In this document: positions 36,986 through 47,059 of the stretch, in pieces | Position numbering within the stretch: the stretch's first letter is position 1 | Layout: each line of letters opens with the position of its first letter | NCBI GenBank assembly: GCA_965220085.1 | Contig: CBDCOZ010000003.1 | Coordinates: forward strand, 896,001 to 960,000 | Length of the DNA: 64,000 nucleotides | Direction: 5' to 3' | Source of the DNA: Candidatus Oxydemutatoraceae bacterium | Lineage (GTDB): Bacteria; Pseudomonadota; Gammaproteobacteria; Poriferisulfidales; Oxydemutatoraceae | The notes under the pieces: model-generated | Told to the model about the DNA's origin: nothing | What the model saw: only the letters and a program-made list of their open reading frames with translations | The model's database searches: none | Made by a program: the position numbers and the translations under genes

Positions 36986-38021
36986 TAAAGTTCGGTTTGT
37001 TCGGATGGAGAATGTGATTTTCGCAGGCAGTCAGAATATCATTCTCCCATCTTTGTAATATCGTTTGTATCAGGGTGAGGATGATGCTGAGCGACAATGC
37101 GATCAGCGTCGTATCAAACGCGATGCCAAGCGGCGATATGGCGCCGCTCAGTTCGTCCGATAACTGCGTCAGTCCGTGCTGGCTGCCGATAATCTTTTGA
37201 ATCCCGTCGGCGGCGAGCGATATCCCGTACACGGTGCCGATAAAACCGAGAATCGGTATCGCCCAGTTGAGGTAGCGCGGCAGGATGTAGAAATCGGCCG
37301 ATTTTTTCCATATCAAATCTATGTAAATATCCGGCGTCCCGGCGCGTTCCTCCACGATGGCTTCGTGGTATGCCCGCAGCAGCAAGGAGCGCTTTTCTTG
37401 TGCCAGCGACATCTTTTCGCGCAACAGGATATAGCTCTTGCTGGCCAGAATCACCAGCCCCCAGCAGAATAGCGCCACCGTCAGCGGCGGTATGATGCCG
37501 CGCTCAAGAAACTTTTCGGTGAAGAAGGCCCAATCCGGATAGCGCGCGTCGAGGTTGTGTATTGCGATCATGATATAGGTCGCAACAATGACCGCGACCG
37601 CCAGTGTCAATAGCAACGGCGGTCCAAAGAGCACTGATTCGACCCGATGCATGAGACTTTGACCGCTGTTGTTTGATGCGATGCGATTGAGCAGAATGTA
37701 GAACATATACAATGCGACCGTTGTGACCAGCAACGGCAACAGGCTCTCGACAGAAAACGATTTTCCGTCTAACAGCGGCGCCGAGATTTGATAGGCGACG
37801 ATAAAACTGATGACGATGATCACTATCAGGATGGTCGCTTCAAACAAGCGGGGCGTGAATAACTGTTTGTTCAATGCGCTTGCCAACATCGGCAATGCGG
37901 CAACCGCGGCGCCGAATAGCAGGCCGGATAGGATGCTGTGGTCAATCGCGTGGAAGAGGCTGGCAAATAGGGTCGGCAATAGCGCCGCCCACAGAGTAAG
38001 TATAATCATTTTGTGCAACAT
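36972..38021 (-). CDS. MotA/TolQ/ExbB proton-channel family protein with extra N-terminal TM helices
   Basis: AIPILGFIGTVYGISLA and LGIAFDTTLIALSLSIIL match the two conserved channel helices. Confidence 0.8.
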   Translation of the reverse strand: MLHKMIILTLWAALLPTLFASLFHAIDHSILSGLLFGAAVAALPMLASALNKQLFTPRLFEATILIVIIVISFIVAYQISAPLLDGKSFSVESLLPLLVTTVALYMFYILLNRIASNNSGQSLMHRVESVLFGPPLLLTLAVAVIVATYIMIAIHNLDARYPDWAFFTEKFLERGIIPPLTVALFCWGLVILASKSYILLREKMSLAQEKRSLLLRAYHEAIVEERAGTPDIYIDLIWKKSADFYILPRYLNWAIPILGFIGTVYGISLAADGIQKIIGSQHGLTQLSDELSGAISPLGIAFDTTLIALSLSIILTLIQTILQRWENDILTACENHILHPNKPNFNASR

Positions 38022-38177
38022 AGTTCGGTTATTTGTATTTTGCGTATGAAGGATTCTTATTATACTTCACAATGTTGCGGCGCAGCGCGGCGGCTATTGT
38101 GAATGGCCTTCGTCCGAGTGTTGCCGGAGTTTGTGGGAAACCTAATCGGAGGTTGCGGCGTCTTGAGGCGATCGGTT

Positions 38178-38738
38178 ATGAGTGAAAATTCCGTTCATTT
38201 TGTCAATGGCGAATCCCTGTATCCGCCGTTCCCGCAGGATACCGAACAGGCGGTATTCGGTCTCGGTTGCTTCTGGGGCGCCGAACGCTGTTTTTGGACT
38301 TTGCCGGATGTGCATGTGACCGCCGTCGGTTATGCCGGCGGTCAGGCAGCGAACCCTTCTTATCATCTGGTTTGCGGCGGTACGACCGGGCATGTCGAAG
38401 CAGTCCTGGTTATCTACCGCGGCGGCGATGATGCCTATCGCCGATTGCTCTCTCATTTTTGGCAGGCGCATGACCCGACACAAGGCATGCGCTCGGGCAA
38501 TGATATCGGCGAGCAGTACCGCTCGGTCATTTTTTGTGCGAATCGCGCGCAATATCGGCTCGCTGTCGGCTCGCGCGACGGATACCAGAAGCGGCTGGAT
38601 GCGAGCGGCTACGCAAAGATTACCACCGAGGTTGCGATGCTGCCGGAATTTTATTACGCCGAAGACTATCACCAGCAATATCTGGCAAAAAATCCGCGCG
38701 GGTATTGCGGAATCAAGGGCTTGGGTGTTCCCGCATAG
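38178..38738 (+). CDS. msrA: Peptide methionine sulfoxide reductase A
   Basis: GCFWGAE, TGHVEAV, HDPTQGMR, AEDYHQQYL, GYCG. Confidence 0.96.
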   Translation: MSENSVHFVNGESLYPPFPQDTEQAVFGLGCFWGAERCFWTLPDVHVTAVGYAGGQAANPSYHLVCGGTTGHVEAVLVIYRGGDDAYRRLLSHFWQAHDPTQGMRSGNDIGEQYRSVIFCANRAQYRLAVGSRDGYQKRLDASGYAKITTEVAMLPEFYYAEDYHQQYLAKNPRGYCGIKGLGVPA

Positions 38739-38755
38739 CGGCGGGGCGCGAAGAT

Positions 38756-39742
38756 TCAGAGCCCGGCACGGAGCAGATCGTGCATATTGAGCGCGCCGAC
38801 GAGCGCGCCTTGATCATCGAGCACAGGCATGGAGTTAATTGCGTTAACCCGCATCATTTCAAGCGCGTCATAGGCCAGCACATCGCGCTTTGTCGAACGG
38901 AACTCGCGTGTCATCAATCCGTCGATCGTTGTCGTTTTGAGGTCTTTGACCGCCGCAAAAGAACGGCGCAAATCGCCGTCGGTGAAGATGCCGACCAGGG
39001 CGCCGCGTTGATCCGCAACCAATGTCATGCCGAGCCCTTTGCGCGACATTTCATACAAGGCATCGGATAACGCGGCGCCCGCCGCGACTTTTGGCATGGC
39101 ATCGCCGGTTCTCATCAAATCGGCGACCGTCACGGTCAAGCGTCTGCCGAGGCGGCCGCCGGGGTGCGCTTTGGCAAAGTCCTTTGACGTGAATCCTTTC
39201 TCGCTTTGCAACACGACCGCGAGCGCATCGCCCATGGCGAGGGCCGCGGTGGTGCTGGCCGTCGGCGCGAGCCCGAGCGGGCAGGCTTCTTTTTTGACGC
39301 TCGTATTGATCACCGCATCGGCACTTTTGCCGAGTGTCGAATCCGGCGTTCCGGTCAGCGCGATGAGCGGGATGCTCAGCCGCTTGAGTGCGGGCAACAG
39401 GGCGTTGATCTCATCGGTCTCGCCGGAATACGACACGATGATCGCGACATCGTCGCCTCCGATCATACCGAGGTCGCCGTGACCGGCTTCGGCGGGGTGG
39501 ATGTAGAATGCCGCATTGCCGGTGCTTGCCAATGTCGAACTGATCTTCTTTGCAATATGTCCGGATTTGCCCATGCCGATCAACACGATGCGCCCGCGGC
39601 ATCCCTCCAGCAACTCGCAGGCATGCAGAAAGTTCTCGTCTATCTGCTCGCATAAGCCGCTCACCGCGGTCGCTTCGGCAGCGATGACTGTCAGCGCAAT
39701 GTCTTTAATCTGTTCGGGTTTTAATCGCATCTTGCTTGTCAT
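38756..39742 (-). CDS. kdsD: Arabinose-5-phosphate isomerase (KpsF/GutQ)
   Basis: GMGKSGHIA, HPAEAGHGDLG, EACPLGLAPTAST, HPGGRLG, CBS pair. Confidence 0.94.
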   Translation of the reverse strand: MTSKMRLKPEQIKDIALTVIAAEATAVSGLCEQIDENFLHACELLEGCRGRIVLIGMGKSGHIAKKISSTLASTGNAAFYIHPAEAGHGDLGMIGGDDVAIIVSYSGETDEINALLPALKRLSIPLIALTGTPDSTLGKSADAVINTSVKKEACPLGLAPTASTTAALAMGDALAVVLQSEKGFTSKDFAKAHPGGRLGRRLTVTVADLMRTGDAMPKVAAGAALSDALYEMSRKGLGMTLVADQRGALVGIFTDGDLRRSFAAVKDLKTTTIDGLMTREFRSTKRDVLAYDALEMMRVNAINSMPVLDDQGALVGALNMHDLLRAGL

Positions 39743-39757
39743 GCGCGGGTACGGTTT

Positions 39758-40900
39758 CTATGCCAGGACGAGTTCGCTATAGTACAACCAGTATATGTAA
39801 CCGGCAAAGCACGCGAGCAATATGCCGCCGTTTTTGGCGGACAACCGCCCGCTCGGTTTCATCAATATCATCAATAACAATAAAAGGGTCAGCCCGGCTC
39901 CCATGGCAAAGTCGCGCGTCATGATGTCGGAATCGATCGCCAGCGGATGTGCCAGCGCGGCCGCGCCGATGACGCCGAGCGCGTTAAAGATATTGGAACT
40001 CAGTATATTGCCGACCGCGATATCGTGGCGCTTCTTCCATAAGCTGGCGATCACGGTGGCAAGCTCCGGCAGGCTGGTGCCGAGGGCGATCACCGACAAG
40101 CCGATAATAATTTCGTCGATACCCAAGGCGCGGGAAATGGAGACCGCCGATGTGACGACCATATTGGATGCGATTATCAGAAGCGCCAGCCCCGAGAGCA
40201 TGACAAGCCAAAGCAGCGCATGACTTTGCTTGGGCGTTGCCGCAGCCGCAGGGTACGCGGGCGGTCGGAGTTCAAAATAGAGCAACGCGCCGACACATGG
40301 CAAAAAGATGATAGCGCGGGTCATTTCGGTCAGCGGGAAGAGATAGGCGTGCGCTCCTGCGACTAATGCCAGCACAAAGGCGATGCCGATAGTCCGCCAA
40401 ATCTCCCGACCGGTCATCGGACTCGCGGACTCCTCCGGTATCTCTTGCGGCGCGCTGCGCGCCATCTGCCACAGAATCGGAATCAGGCAGGCGATGAGAA
40501 TCATGCCGTCGACTCGGTCCAGTCGCGAGCCCAGCGCCATCAGCGTACCGAGCAGCACGGTGGCGATACCGAGCAGCGAGAAATTGATGGCGATGGTTTT
40601 TTTGGCCAGCGCAATGGTTGTCATGATCGCCCCGATTCCCAATACGAGCCCGATATTCGCGATGTTTGATCCGAGCGCGTTGCCGATGCCGAGTCGCGGG
40701 TTGCCCGCTATCGCCGCGATGACAGACACGACAAATTCCGGCGCCGATGTCGCAAACCCCATGATCACCCCGACGGTAAAAGCGGGAATCCGCAATTTGT
40801 TGGCGAGCGTCACCATGTTCCGCACCATGATGTCGGCGGATAACCAGAGCAATGCTATGCCGCCGATCAAGACCGGATAATTAAGCATGTGACCGAGCAT
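39758..40900 (-). CDS. Calcium/sodium antiporter (YrbG family)
   Basis: Alpha repeats ATSAPE/GNALGSNIAN and GTSLPE/GNILSSNIFN; upstream of kdsD as in yrbG-kdsD. Confidence 0.88.
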   Translation of the reverse strand: MLGHMLNYPVLIGGIALLWLSADIMVRNMVTLANKLRIPAFTVGVIMGFATSAPEFVVSVIAAIAGNPRLGIGNALGSNIANIGLVLGIGAIMTTIALAKKTIAINFSLLGIATVLLGTLMALGSRLDRVDGMILIACLIPILWQMARSAPQEIPEESASPMTGREIWRTIGIAFVLALVAGAHAYLFPLTEMTRAIIFLPCVGALLYFELRPPAYPAAAATPKQSHALLWLVMLSGLALLIIASNMVVTSAVSISRALGIDEIIIGLSVIALGTSLPELATVIASLWKKRHDIAVGNILSSNIFNALGVIGAAALAHPLAIDSDIMTRDFAMGAGLTLLLLLMILMKPSGRLSAKNGGILLACFAGYIYWLYYSELVLA

Positions 40901-41025
40901 CTGTTGCGGTTGCGCGCGACATTTGTCGCAAGTATTTTTGTAACGGGGTTTCCAAATCAACAATCGATTGTAATTCTGATATGATAATTGTATCTTAGGA
41001 TGGTTGATAAGCCGCAAATAGATTC

Positions 41026-42303
41026 ATGCTTGATCCCAAATATATTCGCGCCGACGCGACCGAGGTTTTTGCGCAGCTCGCGCGGCGCGGAGCGGAGTTC
41101 TCCTTGGCGGACTATCGGCAACTGGAAAATCAGCGCAAGGTTTTGCAGACAGAGGCCGAGGATTTGCGCGCACAGAGCAAGGCGCGCTCGCAAGAGATAG
41201 GCCGGCTCAAAGCGGCAGGCAAAGACGCCAAGGCGCCGCTGGCCGAAGTCGAGCGGATCAAGCGGCGGTTGCGCGACAAAGAGGAGCGGTTTGCGGCGGT
41301 CAAAGCGCGGCTGGACGAATTCCTGTTGACGCTGCCGAACATGCCGGATGTGTCGGCGCCCGACGGCAAAGATGAGAACGACAATCGCGAAGTCGGCAGG
41401 CACGGCGCGCCGCCGCAGTTTGATTTTGAACCGCAAGACCATATCGCGCTCGGTGAGAAGTTAGGTCTGTTTGATATGCCGGCGGCCGGCAAGGTCGCCG
41501 GTTCGCGTTTTGCGGTGGCCTACGACGGCTTCGCCCGTCTGCACCGCGCGCTGGGGCAGTTTATGCTCGATGTGCACACGTCGCGCCACGGTTACAGAGA
41601 AGCGTATCTCCCTTATATCGTCAATGCCGGCGCTTTGCTCGGCAGCGGCCAACTGCCGAAGTTTGAGGAGGACTTGTTTCGTCTGGCCGACACCCAATTC
41701 TATTTGATTCCGACCGCCGAAGTGCCGCTTGTGAATCTGTATCGCGATGCGATCATCGATGCCGCTTCCCTGCCTGTCAAATTGGCGGCGCATACGCCCT
41801 GTTTCCGTTCCGAAGCCGGCGCCTACGGCAAGGACACGCACGGTTTGATTCGCCAGCATCAGTTTGACAAAGTGGAGTTGGTGCAGCTGACAGCCGCCGA
41901 TGACTCTTGCCGCGCGCTGGAGGAAATCACATCTCACGCGCAAGTTATTTTGCAAGAGCTCAATCTGGCATATCGCACGGTGGAACTGTGTGCGGGCGAT
42001 CTGGGTTTTGCGGCGGCCAAAACGTATGACCTTGAGGTGTGGCTGCCGGGTCAGGGATGCTATCGCGAAATTTCTTCATGCAGCAATACGCTGGACTTTC
42101 AGGCGCGGCGCTTGCAGATCAGAACGCGGGCGAAGGCGGGAGAAAAACCGCGGCTGGTACATACTCTGAACGGTTCGGGGCTTGCGGTCGGGCGCGCGCT
42201 TATTGCGGTGCTGGAGAATTATCAGACTGCGAGCGGGGCGATCACGGTGCCCGAGGTGTTGCGGCCGTATATGAACGGTTGCGACGTGATCGGCGAAGCC
42301 TAA
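41026..42303 (+). CDS. serS: Serine--tRNA ligase
   Basis: LIPTAEVP, FRSEAG, RQHQFDKVE, REISSCSN, HTLNGSGLAVGR. Confidence 0.97.
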   Translation: MLDPKYIRADATEVFAQLARRGAEFSLADYRQLENQRKVLQTEAEDLRAQSKARSQEIGRLKAAGKDAKAPLAEVERIKRRLRDKEERFAAVKARLDEFLLTLPNMPDVSAPDGKDENDNREVGRHGAPPQFDFEPQDHIALGEKLGLFDMPAAGKVAGSRFAVAYDGFARLHRALGQFMLDVHTSRHGYREAYLPYIVNAGALLGSGQLPKFEEDLFRLADTQFYLIPTAEVPLVNLYRDAIIDAASLPVKLAAHTPCFRSEAGAYGKDTHGLIRQHQFDKVELVQLTAADDSCRALEEITSHAQVILQELNLAYRTVELCAGDLGFAAAKTYDLEVWLPGQGCYREISSCSNTLDFQARRLQIRTRAKAGEKPRLVHTLNGSGLAVGRALIAVLENYQTASGAITVPEVLRPYMNGCDVIGEA

Positions 42304-43121
42304 GAGGCGCGTGTTGTCGCGGCGTTATGCGCGCAATCAAATGTCGCAAATAATTGCGAGCGCTCTTGCGAGTCGTCCAGGATCATCCGTTGCGGCGCCA
42401 GATGCAGGCGCCGCAGATCGCGCGCTCCGGGCGCCATCGTGAGGTATTCGCTGTGTCCCAATAGTTGCGCGGATATGGTCAGATACAGGCGTTGCAGGCA
42501 GGCGTCGGCGGCAAATGACTCAAACAACTCGGGGCCGGCACACAGATAAATCCGCTTAAAACCGAGCGTATCCAGTTGCGCTAACAACGCTCTGCCGGTT
42601 ACCCGTTGCCGCCCGGCTTCAATGACGCGGTATCCGCGTTTTTCATAATCTGCGCGCCGCCGCGTGTCGCCGTCGGCGCTGCTTGCGATGATGGTATTTT
42701 GCGGGTTGAGTTCCGCGGGCAGGGGAAACTCCAATGTGTTGCTGCAGATGACGGCCGCGGGTTGGGGGGGCATCGCGTGATCGCGTCGCCATTGCGTCAA
42801 ATCGCCATGCGGCGAATCATCGCCGACGGCGAGAATATCGCCGAGTCGTCCTTGCGCGCGCGCGCGCATATAGCCGCCGTGGGTGATGATGCAATCCGCT
42901 TGCGCCCTGAGTTCGAGAAAAAGCCGCAAGTCGTTGTCGCTTGTCAGCGCGGCGGGCAGCGTCAGGGCGCCGTTTTGCCGTACCGCTATGCGCCCGTCCA
43001 GGCTGGTTAAAAAGTTTGCGTAGACAAACGGTGTCTTTCCGCGCAAGGGAATTTCGTCCAGATAGATGCCGCGGATAGAGCGGTATGTCTTGGCTTCGGG
43101 GAATACTTGTATAATTGGCAT
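42300..43121 (-). CDS. RibD C-terminal/dihydrofolate-reductase-like protein
   Basis: PFVYANFLTSLDGRIA, DLRLFLELRAQAD, IYLCAGP, LYLTI. Confidence 0.75.
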   Translation of the reverse strand: MPIIQVFPEAKTYRSIRGIYLDEIPLRGKTPFVYANFLTSLDGRIAVRQNGALTLPAALTSDNDLRLFLELRAQADCIITHGGYMRARAQGRLGDILAVGDDSPHGDLTQWRRDHAMPPQPAAVICSNTLEFPLPAELNPQNTIIASSADGDTRRRADYEKRGYRVIEAGRQRVTGRALLAQLDTLGFKRIYLCAGPELFESFAADACLQRLYLTISAQLLGHSEYLTMAPGARDLRRLHLAPQRMILDDSQERSQLFATFDCAHNAATTRAS

Positions 43122-43202
43122 CTCGCTATTTGCTTGTGTATAAAACTTTCATTATCGGCTAATCTCCGATGAGCACAGCCTAATGTAGCAGGAATAGAGA
43201 CC

Positions 43203-45008
43203 TTGAACAACATTCGTATTCTGCCTTCGCATCTGATCAACCAAATTGCCGCCGGCGAAGTGATCGAGCGGCCGGCGGCGGTCATTAAGGAATTGGTTGA
43301 AAATAGTCTGGATGCCGGCGCCCATCGCATCACAGCGAAGATCGAGCGCGGCGGCATCAAAAAAATTATTGTCACCGATGATGGCAGAGGCATCGCAAAG
43401 GACGATTTGACACTCGCATTGTCGCGTCACGCGACGAGCAAAATCAGCGAATTTGAGGATCTGGATAAAGTGCTTTCGTTTGGTTTCCGCGGCGAAGCGC
43501 TGCCCAGCATCGCCTCGGTTTCTTATTTGACGATCAAATCCTGCGCGGACGGAGGCAGCGGCTGGGGTTTGACCGCATCGCACGACGAGGAGCGGGAAGA
43601 AATAATTCCCTGCGCGCATCCCCGCGGCACGACGATCGAAGTGGCCGATCTGTTTTCTAATGTGCCGGCGCGCCGCAAGTTCCTCAAGAGCGAGCGTACC
43701 GAATTCATGCACATAAGAAGTTTTTTATACCGTTGCGCGCTCATGCGTTTTGATGTCGAACTGACATTTGAACACAACGGCAAAAATATTTTTCATTTTC
43801 CAAAAGCCGAAGACGAAGCCGCGCGTTTGAAGCGCATAGAAGCGATTATCGGCAGAGATTTTGCCGAGCAGTGCGTATGGTTTTCCAAGCAGGGCGACGG
43901 CATGCGGCTGTCGGGCTGGGTCGGTTTGCCGATTATTTCGCGCAGCCAGCCGGATATGCAATTCAGTTATGTGAACAGCCGAGTCGTGCGCAATAAGACG
44001 ATTAACCATGCGGTCAAGCAGGCGTATCAGGATGTGCTCTACCATGACCGCTTCCCGTATTGGCTGATTTATTTTGATATTGATCCGGCGCAGGTGGATG
44101 TCAATGTGCACCCGGCCAAACACGAGATACGGTTTAGAAACCAGCAACAAGCGCACGGCTTTATTGCCACGGCGATCAAGAGCGTACTTGCCGATATCAC
44201 CCCCGGCGATGCGCCCAACCTTGCCGAGCATCAGCGCGCATTGGCGGATGACAGCGCGCAAAAACAGCCGCCGCAACCCCCGCTCGGCGCATCGTTGCGC
44301 GGTGATTTGCGCCGCCGCGGCGCGGGTGATTTCATCCGCGCCGCCGCCGCGGACGCCAGTCGCGGCTACGGCGCGCAACCCGCGCATAGCGGCTCATCGG
44401 CGCGGGCGGCGATGGATGAGATGCCGCCGCTCGGCTTTGCGCTGTGCCAGATACACAATATTTACATCATTGCGCAGAACGAAGAGGGCATGGTGCTCGT
44501 CGATATGCACGCGGCGCACGAGCGGTGCACATACGAAAGGCTGAAGGATGCGTACAAAGGGGATGGCATTCGCACCCAACTGTTATTGGTGCCGCTATCC
44601 GTTGATGTGACCGAGAGCGAGGCGGATTTGTGCGAGCGCCACCATGACGTATTGCAACGCTTCGGGCTGGGGATAAGCCGCGGCTCGCCGCGCGCATTGA
44701 TTATTCGCAGTGTGCCGGGCTTGCTCGCCGATTCGTGCGATGCCGAAAAATTGCTGCGCGATGTGCTGTCCGACTTGTCCGAACACGGAGATGCGACCCG
44801 TGTCGAGCGCGAACTTGACGGCGTGTTGTCTGCGATGGCATGCCACGCTTCGGTGCGCGCCAATCACAAATTGACAGCGGACGATATGAATGCGTTGTTG
44901 CGCAGCATGGAAGCGAGCGAGAAGAGCGGACAGTGCAACCACGGCCGCCCGACTTGGGTGCAACTGAGCATCGGTCAGTTGGACAAATTGTTCAAGCGCG
45001 GCCAATAG
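43203..45008 (+). CDS. mutL: DNA mismatch repair protein MutL
   Basis: NQIAAGEVIERP, GFRGEAL, DVNVHPAK, DMHAAHER, ACH, CNHGRP endonuclease motifs. Confidence 0.97.
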   Translation: MNNIRILPSHLINQIAAGEVIERPAAVIKELVENSLDAGAHRITAKIERGGIKKIIVTDDGRGIAKDDLTLALSRHATSKISEFEDLDKVLSFGFRGEALPSIASVSYLTIKSCADGGSGWGLTASHDEEREEIIPCAHPRGTTIEVADLFSNVPARRKFLKSERTEFMHIRSFLYRCALMRFDVELTFEHNGKNIFHFPKAEDEAARLKRIEAIIGRDFAEQCVWFSKQGDGMRLSGWVGLPIISRSQPDMQFSYVNSRVVRNKTINHAVKQAYQDVLYHDRFPYWLIYFDIDPAQVDVNVHPAKHEIRFRNQQQAHGFIATAIKSVLADITPGDAPNLAEHQRALADDSAQKQPPQPPLGASLRGDLRRRGAGDFIRAAAADASRGYGAQPAHSGSSARAAMDEMPPLGFALCQIHNIYIIAQNEEGMVLVDMHAAHERCTYERLKDAYKGDGIRTQLLLVPLSVDVTESEADLCERHHDVLQRFGLGISRGSPRALIIRSVPGLLADSCDAEKLLRDVLSDLSEHGDATRVERELDGVLSAMACHASVRANHKLTADDMNALLRSMEASEKSGQCNHGRPTWVQLSIGQLDKLFKRGQ

Positions 45009-45012
45009 CAAT

Positions 45013-45954
45013 TTGACGCCCGCCGCCCGCCGCAAAATTATCTGTTTTATGGGACCGACGGCATGCGGCAAGAGCCGCTTGGCGATGGCCCTTGCCGAAC
45101 ATCTGCCGTGCGAGATTGTCAGCGTTGACTCCATGGCGATATACCGCGGCATGGACATCGGCGCCGCCAAGCCGAGCGTTGATGAGCGACGCAGAGTATG
45201 CCATCACCTGATCGATATCTGCGAACCGTCGCATAATTACTCGGTCGCGGAGTTTTGCGCCGCCGCACAGCGGGCGGTGCGGGCGATATTTGACCGCGGC
45301 AAAACCCCGCTTCTGGTCGGCGGCACGATGTTTTACTTCCATGCTTTGCAACACGGTTTGTCGCCTATGCCCCCGGCGGATGCGGAACTCCGCGACACGA
45401 TCAGGCGCCGGTTTGAGGCGGGCGGCGCAGCCGCATTGCGCGAGTGGTTGCGGCGGCTTGACGCCGATAGCGCCGCGCGCATCCATCCGAACGATGCGCA
45501 ACGGCTGCAACGGGCGATTGAGATATGCATCTTGAGCGGACGGACGATAGGCGATCTGCCGTCGCGACAAGCGCCGTCGTTCGACGCGGCACAGATCCGC
45601 CGCTTTGCCATCGATTTTGAAAACAGATCTTTGTTGCATCGGCGCATCGAGCGCCGCTTTGACAAAATGTTACGACAAGGTTTGGCCGACGAATTGGCCG
45701 GGTTGTTGGCGCAAGGGCGGGTCGGCCCGCGCTGTAATGCGCTGCGCGGAGTCGGTTATCGCCAGATGTGGGAATACCTGAGCGGCAAGGTCGATTATGA
45801 AACGATGCGCCGCCAAGCCATCGCCGCCGGACGCCAATTGGCCAAGCGGCAATTGACCTGGATGCGGCGGATGGATACGCCGCTTTTCCATGCGGATCGT
45901 TTGTCTGACAGGGAAATTATCGCAAAGATTGAGAAAATCGCGGCAAAGGGGTAG
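45013..45954 (+). CDS. miaA: tRNA dimethylallyltransferase
   Basis: GPTACGKS, SVDSMAIYRGMDIG, VGGTMFY, AKRQLTW. Confidence 0.96.
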   Translation: MTPAARRKIICFMGPTACGKSRLAMALAEHLPCEIVSVDSMAIYRGMDIGAAKPSVDERRRVCHHLIDICEPSHNYSVAEFCAAAQRAVRAIFDRGKTPLLVGGTMFYFHALQHGLSPMPPADAELRDTIRRRFEAGGAAALREWLRRLDADSAARIHPNDAQRLQRAIEICILSGRTIGDLPSRQAPSFDAAQIRRFAIDFENRSLLHRRIERRFDKMLRQGLADELAGLLAQGRVGPRCNALRGVGYRQMWEYLSGKVDYETMRRQAIAAGRQLAKRQLTWMRRMDTPLFHADRLSDREIIAKIEKIAAKG

Positions 45955-45995
45955 ACTAGGGCTTGTGTAGCATAACGAAATAACGGGGGTCTACA

Positions 45996-46265
45996 ATGAT
46001 ACAACAGCAACCTCTACAAGACGCGTTTCTTAACAATATTCGCAAGAACTCCACGCTTGTGTCCATTTACCTTGTCAGCGGAATCAAACTGCAAGGTCAT
46101 GTCGATTCGTTCGATCAGTTTACAGTGTTTTTAAGAAACAATGTTGTCCAGATGGTATACAAGCATGCGATTGCGACCATCATCCCGATGCAAGGGGATG
46201 GGAATTCGCCGATACCCGGCAAAGTATCGTCTCGCATGTCTGCTGACGCGCCGAGCAAGTTTTGA
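45996..46265 (+). CDS. hfq: RNA chaperone Hfq
   Basis: [31 protein letters not shown]. Confidence 0.96.
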   Translation: MIQQQPLQDAFLNNIRKNSTLVSIYLVSGIKLQGHVDSFDQFTVFLRNNVVQMVYKHAIATIIPMQGDGNSPIPGKVSSRMSADAPSKF

Positions 46266-47050
46266 TGTGGCGTGTCGAACCGATCCCGGCATTCGCGGAT
46301 AATTATCTGTGGTTGCTGGTCGGCGATACCAAGGATGCGGCAATCGTTGATCCGGGGGATGCCGCCCCGGTGTTGCGGGCGTTAGATGCCCGGCGATTGT
46401 CGCTTTCCGCTATCCTGATTACCCACCATCACGCCGACCATATCGGCGGGGCGGCGGAACTGTTGTCCCGCTTCCCGAATGCCGCGGCATATGGCCCTGC
46501 GGATAAGCGAATCGGCGGTATCACGCGTCGGGTCGCGGAGGGGGATGCCGTCGGTTTGGATTTTTTGCCGGCGCGGTTTCGCGTCGTCGAAGTGCCGGGG
46601 CATACGGCTACGCATATCGCTTACCACACATCCGACGGAGGGCATAGGCTGTTCTGCGGCGACACGCTGTTTGCCTGCGGTTGCGGACGGGTATTTGAAG
46701 GCAGCCACGAACAGATGCGCGACTCTTTGCTCAAGTTGCGGGGCTTGCCGCCGCAGACCGAAATTTATTGCGCGCACGAATATACGCTTGGCAATATCGC
46801 GTTTGCAAAATGTGTCGAACCCGATAACGCGGCGTTGCTTGCGCGCGAACACGACGCGAAGGCGCTGCGCCGCGCCAATCGGCCGACCGTTCCGTCGACC
46901 TTGGCGCTTGAGCGCGAGACCAATCCCTTTCTGCGCTTTGATTGCCCGACCGTGGCGGATATGGCTTCAAGGCATGCGGGGCAGCCGCTGGATTCCGGCG
47001 CGCGGGTGTTTTCCCACATCCGCTCGTGGAAAGATACGTGGTCGGGATAA
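46265..47050 (+). CDS. gloB: Hydroxyacylglutathione hydrolase (glyoxalase II)
   Basis: THHHADHIGG, PGHT, FCGDTLF..GCGR, CAHEYT, ETNPFLR. Confidence 0.94.
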   Translation: MWRVEPIPAFADNYLWLLVGDTKDAAIVDPGDAAPVLRALDARRLSLSAILITHHHADHIGGAAELLSRFPNAAAYGPADKRIGGITRRVAEGDAVGLDFLPARFRVVEVPGHTATHIAYHTSDGGHRLFCGDTLFACGCGRVFEGSHEQMRDSLLKLRGLPPQTEIYCAHEYTLGNIAFAKCVEPDNAALLAREHDAKALRRANRPTVPSTLALERETNPFLRFDCPTVADMASRHAGQPLDSGARVFSHIRSWKDTWSG

Positions 47051-47059
47051 AGTTATGCG

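Noticed and set aside
34725-38021. Zorya defence system
   Set aside because: No long ZorA tail, no OmpA-like ZorB domain, no helicase or nuclease genes.
42910-42935. LRLFLE inside the RibD-like protein resembling the tag
   Set aside because: Internal, lacks GPLR, and lies in the N-terminal region of a cytoplasmic enzyme; treated as chance.
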